A DNA stretch of 64,000 nucleotides from Candidatus Bathyarchaeota archaeon. Lineage in GTDB: Archaea > Thermoproteota > Bathyarchaeia > 40CM-2-53-6. The stretch lies in NCBI GenBank assembly GCA_963706285.1, contig CAVPLU010000009.1:1-64000 (forward strand), in the 5' to 3' direction. How positions within the stretch are numbered: position 1 is the stretch's first letter; every line of letters begins with the position of its first letter. The translations under genes were made by a program, and so were the position numbers. The notes under the pieces are model-generated. The model searched no databases. It was not told the DNA's origin and was given only the letters and a program-made list of their open reading frames with translations. This document shows positions 40,732 to 51,366 of the stretch, in pieces.

Positions 40732-40751
40732 GTTCTCTCAATCTCGTTTCT

Positions 40752-41237
40752 CTACTCTGTTCTCTTTTGGATCTCTTTGGCCTTCTCTAGTATCGCGTTG
40801 ATATTCTCCCAGTGACTACCTTGCCAGTACACTTTTCCACATTCCGGATTGGAGCAATTCCAGAACTCATCGAACGCATTAAAGGTTGCCGCGGGTATCT
40901 TTTCCCTTACTTCATTCTTGAGCGCCTTCGTGAGAGGCGCTCCGCAAATAGGGCATCTTGAATCCGGCGCGTCCACCGAGAGGTTCAACTTGAATCTACT
41001 CGCCAAGCCTGCGAGCCTTTCAGCTTCTGTCGGCTCCTTCACCAGATAGGAATTCGCTCCTCGAGCAGTCGCGAATCGATAGAGCGCTACGTCAGATGTT
41101 AGCAGAACTCTGTTCTCCCTAACGGCGACAGCTACAAGTTCTTGGTCTTTAGTATCATTCAGATACATGGCGTCATGGCCCATCATCCGGAGCCACCTAG
41201 TGAGTTTCCCTAGCATCCCGTCTAGGACGAACCTCAT
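40752..41237 (-). CDS. Mut7-C RNase domain protein
   Basis: DGMLGKLTRWLRMMGHD; RCPICG...CGKVYWQGSH. Confidence 0.93.
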   Translation of the reverse strand: MRFVLDGMLGKLTRWLRMMGHDAMYLNDTKDQELVAVAVRENRVLLTSDVALYRFATARGANSYLVKEPTEAERLAGLASRFKLNLSVDAPDSRCPICGAPLTKALKNEVREKIPAATFNAFDEFWNCSNPECGKVYWQGSHWENINAILEKAKEIQKRTE

Positions 41238-42574
41238 GCTTCCACGCTGCGTGCAATTATCTTCCCTTGATTCTTCTCAACGATCTCTCCTCGATCATAC
41301 ACAACATGCCCGGCGACAATCGTCATTACAGGGCGTCCAACGCATCTGACTCCGTCGAACGGTGAGAAATGCGCTTTCGAGTAGAACTTTGACGAATCGA
41401 TTTTGAATCGATCCTTTGGATCAATGAGCACGACATCTCCATCCATTCCTGCTTCAAGACGTCCCTTTCCTTGGAGCCCGAATATTCGTGCAGGGTTCTC
41501 GGCAAGCAGTCTAACGAGCAATGCCAGGCTTATCTCATCATGACGAACCTTAGTCAGCAATAGTGGGAGCGTCGTCTCTAGTCCAGGCAAACCTGGGCTT
41601 ACCTTCCACACGTCCCTCGCGGTCTTCTCCTCTAGACTATGAGGAGCGTGGTCGCTCGCGATCATGTCAATGTTTCCGCGGATCATGGCCTTCCAGAGTG
41701 CTCTCGCATCGCTGCGTCCTCTGAGCGGTGGCACCATTAATGCGAATCCACGTTTCCGATTCAGATCGGTGCTGTCTAGAAACAAGTGATGTGGGGTCAC
41801 TTCGCATGTGATCTTCACTCCTTTCTTGCGTGCTGCAGAGATCTCTTTCATGCTTCGATGAGTGCTCAGGTGACAGATGTGCACCTTTGAGTGAGCTCGA
41901 CGAGCAAGGTCTGTGACTGCCCGGACGGCTTCAAATTCGAACTTTGGTGCGTGAGCCCTCAGAAAGTCTTGCATGGAATTCATTCCAGCCTTGACGCATC
42001 TCGTCCGGATTGCTTCAATGTCAGGACCGTTCTCTGCGTGGACAGCGACTAGAATGCCAAGCGATCCACACTCTTCCATTGATGAGAGTAGTCTTTGATG
42101 ATCGTTATGCCACGCATCCAAGTTGGGTTCGTTCATGTAGAGTTTGAATGCGATCGCGCCGGCGTTCATCATTTTGCGAAGGTCGAGTGCCGATTCAGCT
42201 AGAGAAGCGTAGAACCCGACATTCACATTAATCGCGGTTCTCGCTTTCGTGATCTTCTCGACAAGTCTTTCATCCGAGTTGGTGGGAGGTTTTGTATTTG
42301 GCATGTCAAGGATCGTCGTGAATCCGCCTGCGGCAGCAGCGAGAGTTCCGCTCGAGAAGTCTTCCTTGTAGGACAGTTCCATGTCCCTGAGGTGAACATG
42401 AACGTCAATGAGCCCGGGAATAGCGATTAGGCCCTTGCCATCGATCGTCCTGTCAGCTTTAGGGAGAAGTGCAGTTTTGCAGATCTTCTCGATCCGTCCA
42501 TCTCGGATAGAGATGCCGCCTTCGACGAGTTTCTCTCCGAGAGCAAGTCTCGCATCAGTTATGTTGACGGACAT
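41234..42574 (-). CDS. pyrC: Dihydroorotase
   Basis: PGLIDVHVHLR, DMPNTKP, VTPHHL, ASDHAPH; start moved to ATG 42574. Confidence 0.9.
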   Translation of the reverse strand: MSVNITDARLALGEKLVEGGISIRDGRIEKICKTALLPKADRTIDGKGLIAIPGLIDVHVHLRDMELSYKEDFSSGTLAAAAGGFTTILDMPNTKPPTNSDERLVEKITKARTAINVNVGFYASLAESALDLRKMMNAGAIAFKLYMNEPNLDAWHNDHQRLLSSMEECGSLGILVAVHAENGPDIEAIRTRCVKAGMNSMQDFLRAHAPKFEFEAVRAVTDLARRAHSKVHICHLSTHRSMKEISAARKKGVKITCEVTPHHLFLDSTDLNRKRGFALMVPPLRGRSDARALWKAMIRGNIDMIASDHAPHSLEEKTARDVWKVSPGLPGLETTLPLLLTKVRHDEISLALLVRLLAENPARIFGLQGKGRLEAGMDGDVVLIDPKDRFKIDSSKFYSKAHFSPFDGVRCVGRPVMTIVAGHVVYDRGEIVEKNQGKIIARSVEA

Positions 42575-42659
42575 CACCGACGTTCCCCTTGAGCACCAGG
42601 TGGACCGCACGCTGGGCGCAATGGGGGCATGTCAGCAGAAAAGGTCTGTGGATTCGATC

Positions 42660-43244
42660 CTACTCTTCCTTTTCAAGGTCGGCGCTGCATTCCGAGCAAA
42701 GGAAAGATCCATCATGTGATTTCAGGTTGTCAGACCACGTTTCGCACTCGTCGCAGTATCCCGCCAGTGCGCTTGCTTCGCGGGGGTCTACGAGGGGCCG
42801 GATCTTCGATTTCTCTTCCATAACATCGATCAATGCTGGGGTGATATCAACAATGTCTGTGCCGGTGACTATTCCGATTAGTTTTCCTGCTTCTAACACG
42901 GCGAACCGTTTCACTTTTGCCTGTCTCATTTTTCTGGCTGCTTCTTTCACGTCGAGGGTGGGTTCCACGGTTCGCAGTGGCCTGGACATGATCTTTCCTG
43001 CTTTGATCTTGTTCGGGTGCAACCCTTTGGCAGCTACTCTGCGTACAAGGTCTTTCTCAGTTATCATGCCCAGTGGCTTGCGTTTCTTGTCCACGACCAC
43101 AACGCTGCCTATCCCTCTCCTTGTCATGGTGTTGGCCACTTTCGTCACGGTGTCTTCTTCTCGGACAGTGACGACGGGGGATGACATTACATCCTTGACT
43201 TCCACATCTGGTCTGTCGGGAGTGGCTGACATTTGAATCGCCAA
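42660..43244 (-). CDS. CBS-pair protein with C-terminal zinc ribbon
   Basis: VKDVMSSPVVTV; CDEC...CSEC. Confidence 0.9.
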   Translation of the reverse strand: MAIQMSATPDRPDVEVKDVMSSPVVTVREEDTVTKVANTMTRRGIGSVVVVDKKRKPLGMITEKDLVRRVAAKGLHPNKIKAGKIMSRPLRTVEPTLDVKEAARKMRQAKVKRFAVLEAGKLIGIVTGTDIVDITPALIDVMEEKSKIRPLVDPREASALAGYCDECETWSDNLKSHDGSFLCSECSADLEKEE

Positions 43245-43265
43245 TACTGGACCGAACGATCATAC

Positions 43266-45281
43266 TTAAGGGCTTATCGAGTTAACTACTTCAACTCCGC
43301 CAGGCGGCAATATTCGTATTACATCATCCATTGGGATGCGCCCTAGCTCGTTGCGCAAATTCTCTTCGGCCTTAGCTGTCAACTTTGCGAGGATTCTCTT
43401 TGCCACTTCTGCGGGGCTCCCTCTTCCCTGTCGTATCTGCACATAAGTGCTGCACCTGTTTTTCACTGCGCTCAGGGGACCTGCCATTAAGAGAGTCCTG
43501 CTGTCGTGTAGAGTCAGGCCAACGGCAAGTGCCAGGTCTACCCCTCGGATGTAGTTGCGTGTGCCTCGAATCATGAATGCTCCTTTTGTCAAATATTCGC
43601 CGGCGGGGGCGCTTTTGGTCACTTGTTCTGGTTTCACCCAGTAAGCATCGCCGGAGCGAATTCCCTCCTTCCAGAGGCGGCTGTAGGATACGCATGCTTG
43701 AGCGGCTTCTCTGAGAGTTTCAGCGGTCGGTTGGATGCCCCCGGTTTTCATCACAATGAAGGGTGCTCCATGAACCTCCGCATGCATGATCAAGTCTTCT
43801 GGGTTAGTGTACCGTTTCAGAAGAGTCTCATTTGAGCCGGCGTCCCGTCCTCCTAGGACCAGCAGTCCTTCTGAGGAATCGAACCACCTGAACTTCTCGA
43901 ACCACTCTTTCTCGAGCTTACGCTCAGGTTTGGCGTGCTGTTTGAGTTCGAGTTCCTTGCTCGCTAATTTGTCAAGCAGAAGTTCAGTCTCTTCGGTAGC
44001 GGTCTTGAGTCCGAGGAGTTTCGACTCGAGGTGTTTCGCTTTCGCATAGTATTCGGCGGCTTGATCCTGCGGTCTTACTCTGACTTCGAGTTCGATTTCT
44101 CTTTCCTCGAAAGCGAAGGTTATCTTGTCGCCGCTCGGGGTGAGTTTGCGAACATGTGGATAGAACCGTGTCTTGTCGGTCTTTTCTTTCAATAATGAGT
44201 CTATGATCTCGTTGAGCGGTTGTTTCGAACGTTTCCCATTCATCACAATTTCGATGACGCTCTGTATATCTTGGAGGTGGCGAAAGATGAGATCCCCTGT
44301 GCTCCTCAGCGTTTTTGCTGATTCGTTGATCTCTTCCAGCTGTTTCTTCTGTGCATCAAGTCTTCTCTGAAGTTGCAGTCGCTTGTCAGCGTGGGCCGCC
44401 TCACGTCCTTCACCTAACGTGGAAGATGAGAGGGTTGTGAAATACTCGTCGATTGCATCGTTGAAACTTGTGTAGGTCTTCTTCTGCATTGCTTGGTACA
44501 GTTCGAGGTCGAATGGGGTGACATCGATCATGTTCTGGTTCTCTAACACGATCATTGGTGATTGTGCTGAAGTTGATACAAGATCTTTCAGCTTCACGAT
44601 TGTGCTTGAGATGTTCTCGATTTGATCATCGGACAGGTTTGCGGCGGATGAAGACTTATCGATACGTGCTCGTTGCATGATCTCTTCGGCAAAGGTACCG
44701 CTTACTCCGAGCATCTGAGCTAGTGCTCTGACGGCATCGATATCGCCTAGGTTTCGTAAGTCTCGTACATCACTGGGTGTTGCCTCAAGAAGGTTCTTGC
44801 CTCTTTGGGGGGGAAGTCTCAAGGGTTGTCCTCTCAGGATGTTGCGGTCCTTCATTCGAATGTAGTGAGACGAGACGATCACTCTGTCGTGTTCGTCGAT
44901 CAGAATGATGTTGCCTCTGGGTAGGAGTTCGACCACGATCTTCTGGGGCTTCTGCTCTCTCTCGATCCCCACTATGACTATTCGCTCGAAGTTCGGTTGA
45001 TCGATACTGACGATCTTAGCCGATCTGATGTGTTTGCGCAACTCCATACAGAGTTGTGACGGTTTAGGAGGGGTCTTGACTTCAAACTTGGTGAGGTGGA
45101 TTCTCCTCGCAGGTTCGACTACAAGGTTCAGATTGCTGGGATGGATCTTGAGGAGGAAGGCCTTCTCCGTAATTTGATAAACGTTATGTATGCGTCCTCC
45201 GATTGTGTGCTGCCTTAGTTCAGGAAGAATTGCTGCTATGTCGAAATTCGTCATCGCGGTTTTCATGACGGAAACACACAT
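43266..45281 (-). CDS. rqcH: Ribosome quality control protein RqcH/NEMF
   Basis: MTNFDI, NFERIV, WFEKFRWF..SEG.LVLGGRDA, GEYLTKGAFMIRG. Confidence 0.93.
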   Translation of the reverse strand: MCVSVMKTAMTNFDIAAILPELRQHTIGGRIHNVYQITEKAFLLKIHPSNLNLVVEPARRIHLTKFEVKTPPKPSQLCMELRKHIRSAKIVSIDQPNFERIVIVGIEREQKPQKIVVELLPRGNIILIDEHDRVIVSSHYIRMKDRNILRGQPLRLPPQRGKNLLEATPSDVRDLRNLGDIDAVRALAQMLGVSGTFAEEIMQRARIDKSSSAANLSDDQIENISSTIVKLKDLVSTSAQSPMIVLENQNMIDVTPFDLELYQAMQKKTYTSFNDAIDEYFTTLSSSTLGEGREAAHADKRLQLQRRLDAQKKQLEEINESAKTLRSTGDLIFRHLQDIQSVIEIVMNGKRSKQPLNEIIDSLLKEKTDKTRFYPHVRKLTPSGDKITFAFEEREIELEVRVRPQDQAAEYYAKAKHLESKLLGLKTATEETELLLDKLASKELELKQHAKPERKLEKEWFEKFRWFDSSEGLLVLGGRDAGSNETLLKRYTNPEDLIMHAEVHGAPFIVMKTGGIQPTAETLREAAQACVSYSRLWKEGIRSGDAYWVKPEQVTKSAPAGEYLTKGAFMIRGTRNYIRGVDLALAVGLTLHDSRTLLMAGPLSAVKNRCSTYVQIRQGRGSPAEVAKRILAKLTAKAEENLRNELGRIPMDDVIRILPPGGVEVVNSISP

Positions 45282-45308
45282 TCAACGCCATCCGGAGCGT
45301 AACTGGCC

Positions 45309-45602
45309 GTGAAGCCTTCTTCGACAGTTTACTGGTCAAGGTTCTTCATAGCCATTGCTACTGGAATTGGATCTGTGGTTGCGCTTGGGGAAGTTGCTAC
45401 TGGTGAGATGGCGTCAGTCATCTATCCGGCGGTGGCGATTCTGGTCTATGCTCTCACGGTAGCGTTCTATCGATACGGACTGCGTTACGGCGAGGCTGAG
45501 TTGAAGACTAAGAACAGGGTCGTCACTCTGGGAATCGGCACTTACATTTTCGTTTGGTTGGCCTCTCTGACCCTAGCCTATACTCTGTTTGGTCCTCACT
45601 GA
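45309..45602 (+). CDS. Small three-TM membrane protein (EMC6-like)
   Basis: VYWSR...GIGTYIFVWL...YTL pattern. Confidence 0.6.
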   Translation: MKPSSTVYWSRFFIAIATGIGSVVALGEVATGEMASVIYPAVAILVYALTVAFYRYGLRYGEAELKTKNRVVTLGIGTYIFVWLASLTLAYTLFGPH

Positions 45603-46000
45603 GCTACGGGCTTTGCTTCCTCTGCTCGGCTACGTGTATTGTTCGTCAGCGAGTAGACTTCTTCCTCTTCCATAATCTTTGCCAGTCGCACTAGTCCGCT
45701 GAAGTATCCTCTGTCATAGTCACCGTAAAGTGGACTTTCCGCGTTGTTCGCGAACTCTTTCATGAGTATTTTCAGGGTCTTCTTGTCGAACTCTTTCTTA
45801 GCGAAGAAAAGGTAGTTGTCGTTGTTTGCCTTTCTTGTGAGAGCAAGTCCTTCCAGCGCTTTGACGTAGCCTCTGTTCCATTCTGTGTTAGTGAATTTTG
45901 GTTTGAGTTCTTCAAGCTCTTTTTCTGCATCGGCGATCTTTCGCTCAACGATGAGTCGCAGGTACTTGTCTATCTCCTTTTCAGGTATTGCTCCAGCCAT
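45596..46000 (-). CDS. Hypothetical protein co-transcribed with radA
   Basis: Abuts the radA stop; repeated (W/Y)xRGY motifs. Confidence 0.75.
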   Translation of the reverse strand: MAGAIPEKEIDKYLRLIVERKIADAEKELEELKPKFTNTEWNRGYVKALEGLALTRKANNDNYLFFAKKEFDKKTLKILMKEFANNAESPLYGDYDRGYFSGLVRLAKIMEEEEVYSLTNNTRSRAEEAKPVAQ

Positions 46001-47011
46001 CTATCCTCGCCTCTTGACCTCGTCCTCTTCAGAGACGTCCTTTATCCCTTCCTCTGTAATCTTGAAGATCCGTTCGCCTTCAGGCAGGTACGGGCTTGAG
46101 ACGAGGCGTGCAATTCTGACCGGTCCGCCGGTTGCTCGTCTCAAAAAAATCCTGGTATGTGAAGTATGTGCCACGATGTGCCCTCCCACTGCTTCAACTC
46201 CTGACGCGAAGAAGGCGTCTGGTTTCGACATGACTTGATTGGTGACAACAGCAACTGCGTTGAAGGCCCTTGCGAGCCTGACAAGCCTGTGCATGTGACT
46301 GTTGATTTTTTGCTGTCGTTCTGCGAGGTTCTCACGTCCGAGGTATTCGCTTCGAAAGTGAGCTGTCAATGAATCGACAATTATCAGTTTGATGTTGTTC
46401 TCTTGAATGATCTTATCCGCTTTTTCCAGGATCAGTATCTGATGATCCGAGTTGAAAGCCTCAGAGTAGATAATGTTCTTCCCGACAGTCTCCGGGTCGA
46501 GACCTAGAGAACCAGCCATCCTAACGACCCATTCAGGTCTGAACGTATTCTCTGTGTCAACGTACAGTGCCCCCCCGTTGAGACCGCCCTGCTCAATTGG
46601 CAGTTGGGCGTTCACGGCAAGTTGGTGGCAGAGTATGCTCTTGCCGACCCCATATTCTCCATAAAACTCGGTGATTGTCTGACTCTCCAATCCCCCGCCA
46701 ACAAGTTCGTCAAGTTGTTTGCTCGTCATCGAGAGGCGAAGGAGGTTCTGTCGCATCCTCATCAGTTCATCTGCCCGGATGAAGCTTGTGGCTATACTAT
46801 CCCGGGCCTCTATGATGATCTTGGCTGCTTGCTTCTCGCCCACGCCAGCTTGAGTCAGTTCCTTTATGGTGGCCGTTGCAAGCGATTCAACCGTGTGATA
46901 TCCAAGTTCTCTCAGCTTCTCTGCGGTGGCTGGTCCTATACCGGGGATGTCATCGATAAGTTCGTATTTCCTCTTCGCGTCAGTCGTCGTCTTCTCTTCC
47001 GGCTCGGACAA
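46001..47011 (-). CDS. radA: DNA repair and recombination protein RadA
   Basis: HhH N-domain, GEYGVGKS Walker A, DTENTFRPE, FRSEYLGRENLAERQQ. Confidence 0.97.
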   Translation of the reverse strand: MSEPEEKTTTDAKRKYELIDDIPGIGPATAEKLRELGYHTVESLATATIKELTQAGVGEKQAAKIIIEARDSIATSFIRADELMRMRQNLLRLSMTSKQLDELVGGGLESQTITEFYGEYGVGKSILCHQLAVNAQLPIEQGGLNGGALYVDTENTFRPEWVVRMAGSLGLDPETVGKNIIYSEAFNSDHQILILEKADKIIQENNIKLIIVDSLTAHFRSEYLGRENLAERQQKINSHMHRLVRLARAFNAVAVVTNQVMSKPDAFFASGVEAVGGHIVAHTSHTRIFLRRATGGPVRIARLVSSPYLPEGERIFKITEEGIKDVSEEDEVKRRG

Positions 47012-47367
47012 GGTTTTCCCACCATACCCCTACAGCCAAGCGGGCGCCATGCCTTCGTGCCAGCTGTGAGGTCCCATAATCCCAGACAACACTTACGCCC
47101 ATGACTGACATCCACGCATTATTTCAAACTTCACTGCAATCCACACGATGCGAACCGCGGATATATCTCAGAGAGCCGAATGAAAGTAGAGCTTGTGCAG
47201 GCTGTTTGCGGCAATAACGAAGCAACGGGCGCAGTCATTCTGGACAGGTTCATGCCCAGCGGGGGCGCTGGGCAACAGCATCCGAGTCATCTTGCATGGC
47301 TCGGCGTTGGCGCATAGCTTGACGGTTTTAAGAGAGAGTAGAACAAGAGTCCTTTGGGAATTCTATA

Positions 47368-48153
47368 GTGTCTGAACTCGATTCCAAGGTAACCTCTCTC
47401 ATATCTCCGCAGCTGACGGAATGTCGAGATCTAATCAACGAAGCATTGACCAAGCAGAGGCTACTGATATTGGTCGGTAACTGCACTGTCAATTATGAGG
47501 GTAGAGCAGCATCGAAACTGACATGGGGCGAACGGGTGCTCATCATCAAATCCGATGGGTCCGTACTACTTCACCGTCGTTCAGGATATGAGCCGGTGAA
47601 TTGGCAGCCTCCAAAATGCCAGTTCCGAACGAGCCTAGAAGATGGGAAGCTTCTGCGCATCATAGCGACTCGCCAGAAGCCGAAGGAATCACTTCAACTT
47701 CTCTTCGACGATGTTGGCATGATAGCGTCCCTCAACCTAGCCGACAAAGGAGAATTCGCGATGCATGTCACGGAGGAGCAGATGAAGCAGGCGATAATAC
47801 TTGACCCCTCTTTGGTGGAGCATGGATTGAAGCTGATCGCTGAAGAGAGAAGGATGGGTGATTCGGGCTTCACGGACGTTTACGCGGAAGACCACGATGG
47901 ACGGCTGGTTGTGATCGAGATCAAAAGAAACGCGGCAAGTCGTGAAGCGGTCTTGCAGCTGAACCGTTACGTAGAGACTCTGCGGAAGCGAGTGAACCGA
48001 CCTGTTAGAGGCATTTTGGCAGCTCCGGATGTCAGGTCGGGTACATCGACGCTTCTTGCGAGTCTAGGATACGAGTTCAAACCAATTTCACCAGAGAAGT
48101 GCTTCCAGACCCTGAAACCCAGAACAGACGCCCGTCTCAGCGAATTCCTATGA
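47368..48153 (+). CDS. nucS: Endonuclease NucS/EndoMS
   Basis: YEGRAAS, KSDGSVLLH, PVNWQP, VIEIKR, QLNRY. Confidence 0.95.
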   Translation: MSELDSKVTSLISPQLTECRDLINEALTKQRLLILVGNCTVNYEGRAASKLTWGERVLIIKSDGSVLLHRRSGYEPVNWQPPKCQFRTSLEDGKLLRIIATRQKPKESLQLLFDDVGMIASLNLADKGEFAMHVTEEQMKQAIILDPSLVEHGLKLIAEERRMGDSGFTDVYAEDHDGRLVVIEIKRNAASREAVLQLNRYVETLRKRVNRPVRGILAAPDVRSGTSTLLASLGYEFKPISPEKCFQTLKPRTDARLSEFL

Positions 48154-48377
48154 TGATCTGCGAACTCTGGTATCATAACGCGGGCTGCCTTGGAGACGAG
48201 TCCGCTCATGGAGCGAAGGCATTATTCGTGCCATCTCGTAAATCCATCTAGAATAGGCTGGCGATTTGTACGCCAACAAGAGATGCATCGACACATAATG
48301 CACTGGCAACACTAAGAAGATCTCTTGCGAATCAGCAGGAACCACCAGTCTCAGATTCCAAGAAAATCAGGGGAGCG

Positions 48378-48863
48378 GTGGCAGTGTTCATCAAGGAAGA
48401 GGACAACGATCTCTGGCTACTCATGATCAGGAGGAGCGAGAGTCTGCAGGATCCATGGTCTGGTCAAATGGCTTTTCCGGGCGGCCACGCTGCCAACCAA
48501 GATCGCTCTCTATTTGACACCGCTGCAAGGGAGACTCAGGAAGAGGTGGGAGTAGATGCGCACACGCAACAATTCCTTGGCTGCCTGAACAACGTGTATC
48601 CCAAGAACGCTCCAATGATTGTGTCACCCTTTGTCTTTCTACTCCTGAACAAAGTCGATCCGAAAACCAGCAAGGAAGCTGAGGAAATCGTGTGGGTTCC
48701 ATTATCGTTCCTCTTGGATCCGAAGAACATCTCCACATTTGTGGTGACGATACGCGGCGAAGAAACACCGATGCCCTGCTACAACTATTCAGACCACATA
48801 ATCTGGGGGATGTCCTTTAGAATCATACGAGAAATCATTTCAAAGATGACTGTTCACAGCTGA
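48378..48863 (+). CDS. Nudix hydrolase (CoA pyrophosphatase-like); start probably further upstream
   Basis: WSGQMAFPGG...TAARETQEEVG, IWGMS. Confidence 0.9.
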   Translation: MAVFIKEEDNDLWLLMIRRSESLQDPWSGQMAFPGGHAANQDRSLFDTAARETQEEVGVDAHTQQFLGCLNNVYPKNAPMIVSPFVFLLLNKVDPKTSKEAEEIVWVPLSFLLDPKNISTFVVTIRGEETPMPCYNYSDHIIWGMSFRIIREIISKMTVHS

Positions 48864-48932
48864 GCGCGGCCGCGGGGTTCAAGAGCCAGATGCTAAGAGC
48901 TATTTCCGTAGCTCAACAGCATGAGGCTCTAA

Positions 48933-50129
48933 TTGATGAGAACGCTGGTCCTCGGCGCATCAGGACAGATAGGCGCGTACACTGTTCAAGACTTGGTTGA
49001 GTTCTACAAAGCGGACGTGACAGCCGCGAGCCGAAAGCTCTCAAACGTCAAGAAGGCAATGACAGACCTGAAGCTCGCTGAGCATGTGAAGCTGGCAGAG
49101 CTTGATGCCAACGACACACAGGCAGTAGCAACTTTGGCGAGAAATGAGAGGATCGACACGGTCGTGAATTGTGCTTGGTACCAGACCAACCTATCCGTAA
49201 TGGATGCGTGCCTACGTGCAGGTGCTCAGTACACGGACCTAGGCGGCCTATTTGACACGACACTGAAGCAGCTTCAACTCACTCAGAAATGGAAAGATGC
49301 CAACTTGAACGCTACGATTGGGTTGGGCAGCACTCCCGGCCTGACGAATATTGCGGGAGCTGCTGGTGCGGCGAAATTCGAGAACGTCGATACCATCAAC
49401 ATCTATTGTACATGGGGGAACACTCTCCCCGTAAAAGAGCCGGGGTGGCCTGGCTACTCTATACGAACAGTGATGGACGAATTCACCCAAGAACCGATTG
49501 TTTGGCTAGATGGCAAGCACGTGAAACAACCAGTTCTATCGGGAGAGACAACTGTCACCATGCAGGATCCAATTGGCAAGATCACAGCTTGCTATGTGAA
49601 GCACTCCGAACCTGCAACGATGGGCAAATACATCGGAAAAGGCTGTCGCAACGTGACATTCCGGATTGGATTTCCAAGCACTGATCTCGCAACCTTCAAG
49701 ACTTTGAAGAACCTTGGTTTCGCTGAAACAACTCGTTTCAATGTTGGTGGCGCGGAAATCTCTCCTCTCGACTACTTGACCACCATGTATCAAAGAGCAA
49801 TCTCGAAATCCAGAAGCGAGTCTCCTCCACGTGAAGAATATGAGTATGATGCCTTCAGGATAGATGTCTTCGGAATCGTCAAGGAATCACCAGCGATTGT
49901 CACGTACTTCATAATCACCTGGAATGATCCTGAGAGAGGAATATCCTCCGCACGTGACACTGCAGTCCCTCCATCAATAGTTACACAATGGCAAGCGACC
50001 AACAAGATCAAGAGCGCAGGAGTCTTTCCAGCCGAAGCTGTCGTAGACCCGAGTCCGTTCTTTCATGAAGTCGGCAAGAGAAAGATCAGAGTAGAGGAAC
50101 ACTTCACGGAGACGCGCAAGTTCTACTAG
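48933..50129 (+). CDS. Saccharopine dehydrogenase family oxidoreductase
   Basis: LGASGQIG, YTDLGG, GLGSTPGLTN, HSE. Confidence 0.85.
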   Translation: MMRTLVLGASGQIGAYTVQDLVEFYKADVTAASRKLSNVKKAMTDLKLAEHVKLAELDANDTQAVATLARNERIDTVVNCAWYQTNLSVMDACLRAGAQYTDLGGLFDTTLKQLQLTQKWKDANLNATIGLGSTPGLTNIAGAAGAAKFENVDTINIYCTWGNTLPVKEPGWPGYSIRTVMDEFTQEPIVWLDGKHVKQPVLSGETTVTMQDPIGKITACYVKHSEPATMGKYIGKGCRNVTFRIGFPSTDLATFKTLKNLGFAETTRFNVGGAEISPLDYLTTMYQRAISKSRSESPPREEYEYDAFRIDVFGIVKESPAIVTYFIITWNDPERGISSARDTAVPPSIVTQWQATNKIKSAGVFPAEAVVDPSPFFHEVGKRKIRVEEHFTETRKFY

Positions 50130-50208
50130 ACCTGATTTGAGTTTTAGAAATTTCGCTATCGACATATCTTTAAGCAAACTTGATACTACGTTCGAGCGAG
50201 GCCATGAA

Positions 50209-51306
50209 TTGAGCAAGCCGAGTCGAAGAGACTTTGTCAAGATGGCGGCCACCGGTCTTGTCGGTGCCGCAATTGGCGCCGTTGCTGGCAACTACTATGG
50301 ATCACAGACGACAAGTGTACGAGAGAAAGAGAATGAGGTCAGAGTCTACACATGGAGCGAATACATTGCAGAGGATCTCATTGGTCTGTTCAAGACGACG
50401 ACCGGAATCAACGTTGTTTACGATACTTATGAAAGCCCAGACGAGATGAGAGCCAAAGTCACCACGGGGCAGAGTGGTTACGATGTCGTCATGGTCCCGG
50501 ACTACATGGTTCCTGAGTTCGTCCAACTCAACCTGCTGACAGAACTTGATACAGCGCAGCTGCCCAATATGGTTCATCTCGATGACAAGTTCAGGAATCC
50601 ATCATTCGATCCTGATAACAAGCATTCAATCCCATACCTGTGGGGAACAACCGGGATAGGCTGGAATTCAGCAAAGGTTGCGGCCCCTGTCACAAGATGG
50701 GCGGACATTCTTGACCCAGAAAAGGTGAGCAAATATGGAAAGACTGTTACGATGCTTGACGAGATGCGCGAGCCGATTGGTGCAGCCTTGAAGTATCTAG
50801 GATACTCTATCAACGACGTAGACGACGCTCATCTCAACGAAGTAAAGACGATCTTGCTGAAGCAGAAGCCGTACTTGGCAAAATTCACGGGTGCGAATGA
50901 ATACATTCCCGGTCTTGCGGGCTCACGCTTTCTAATTTCTCAGGCATACAGTGGGGACGTGTTTGTTGCTGCTGAAGAGAATGCGAATGTCAAATACACA
51001 ATTCCGGATGAAGGATGTACTCTGTGGGTTGACAACATGACGATAACGAAGAACTCTCTTCATCCAGTTGCCGCGCACATGTGGGTTAACTACATTCTGG
51101 ATCCAGCCGTAATAGCGATAATATCAAACGTCAGATACTATGCTAATCCCAATAAGGACTCGGTTCCATTCCTGAACAAAGATATCGCTGAGGATCCAGC
51201 AATCTATCCTCCAGAGGATGTGTACAAGAAGCTTGAGATCCTCAAGCCTGCCACACCGGAGGAACTTGACAAGTATCAGAAGATCTGGCTGGACATAGTT
51301 GGCTAA
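50209..51306 (+). CDS. potD: Spermidine/putrescine ABC transporter substrate-binding protein, Tat-exported
   Basis: SRRDFVK Tat motif; YTWSEYI, PYLWGTTGIGWN, WVDNM. Confidence 0.92.
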   Translation: MSKPSRRDFVKMAATGLVGAAIGAVAGNYYGSQTTSVREKENEVRVYTWSEYIAEDLIGLFKTTTGINVVYDTYESPDEMRAKVTTGQSGYDVVMVPDYMVPEFVQLNLLTELDTAQLPNMVHLDDKFRNPSFDPDNKHSIPYLWGTTGIGWNSAKVAAPVTRWADILDPEKVSKYGKTVTMLDEMREPIGAALKYLGYSINDVDDAHLNEVKTILLKQKPYLAKFTGANEYIPGLAGSRFLISQAYSGDVFVAAEENANVKYTIPDEGCTLWVDNMTITKNSLHPVAAHMWVNYILDPAVIAIISNVRYYANPNKDSVPFLNKDIAEDPAIYPPEDVYKKLEILKPATPEELDKYQKIWLDIVG

Positions 51307-51366
51307 CGCGCCGCAAGCTTACGTAACAAATGCTCGGCATCGTAGAATAGACTTCAGGGCTACAGA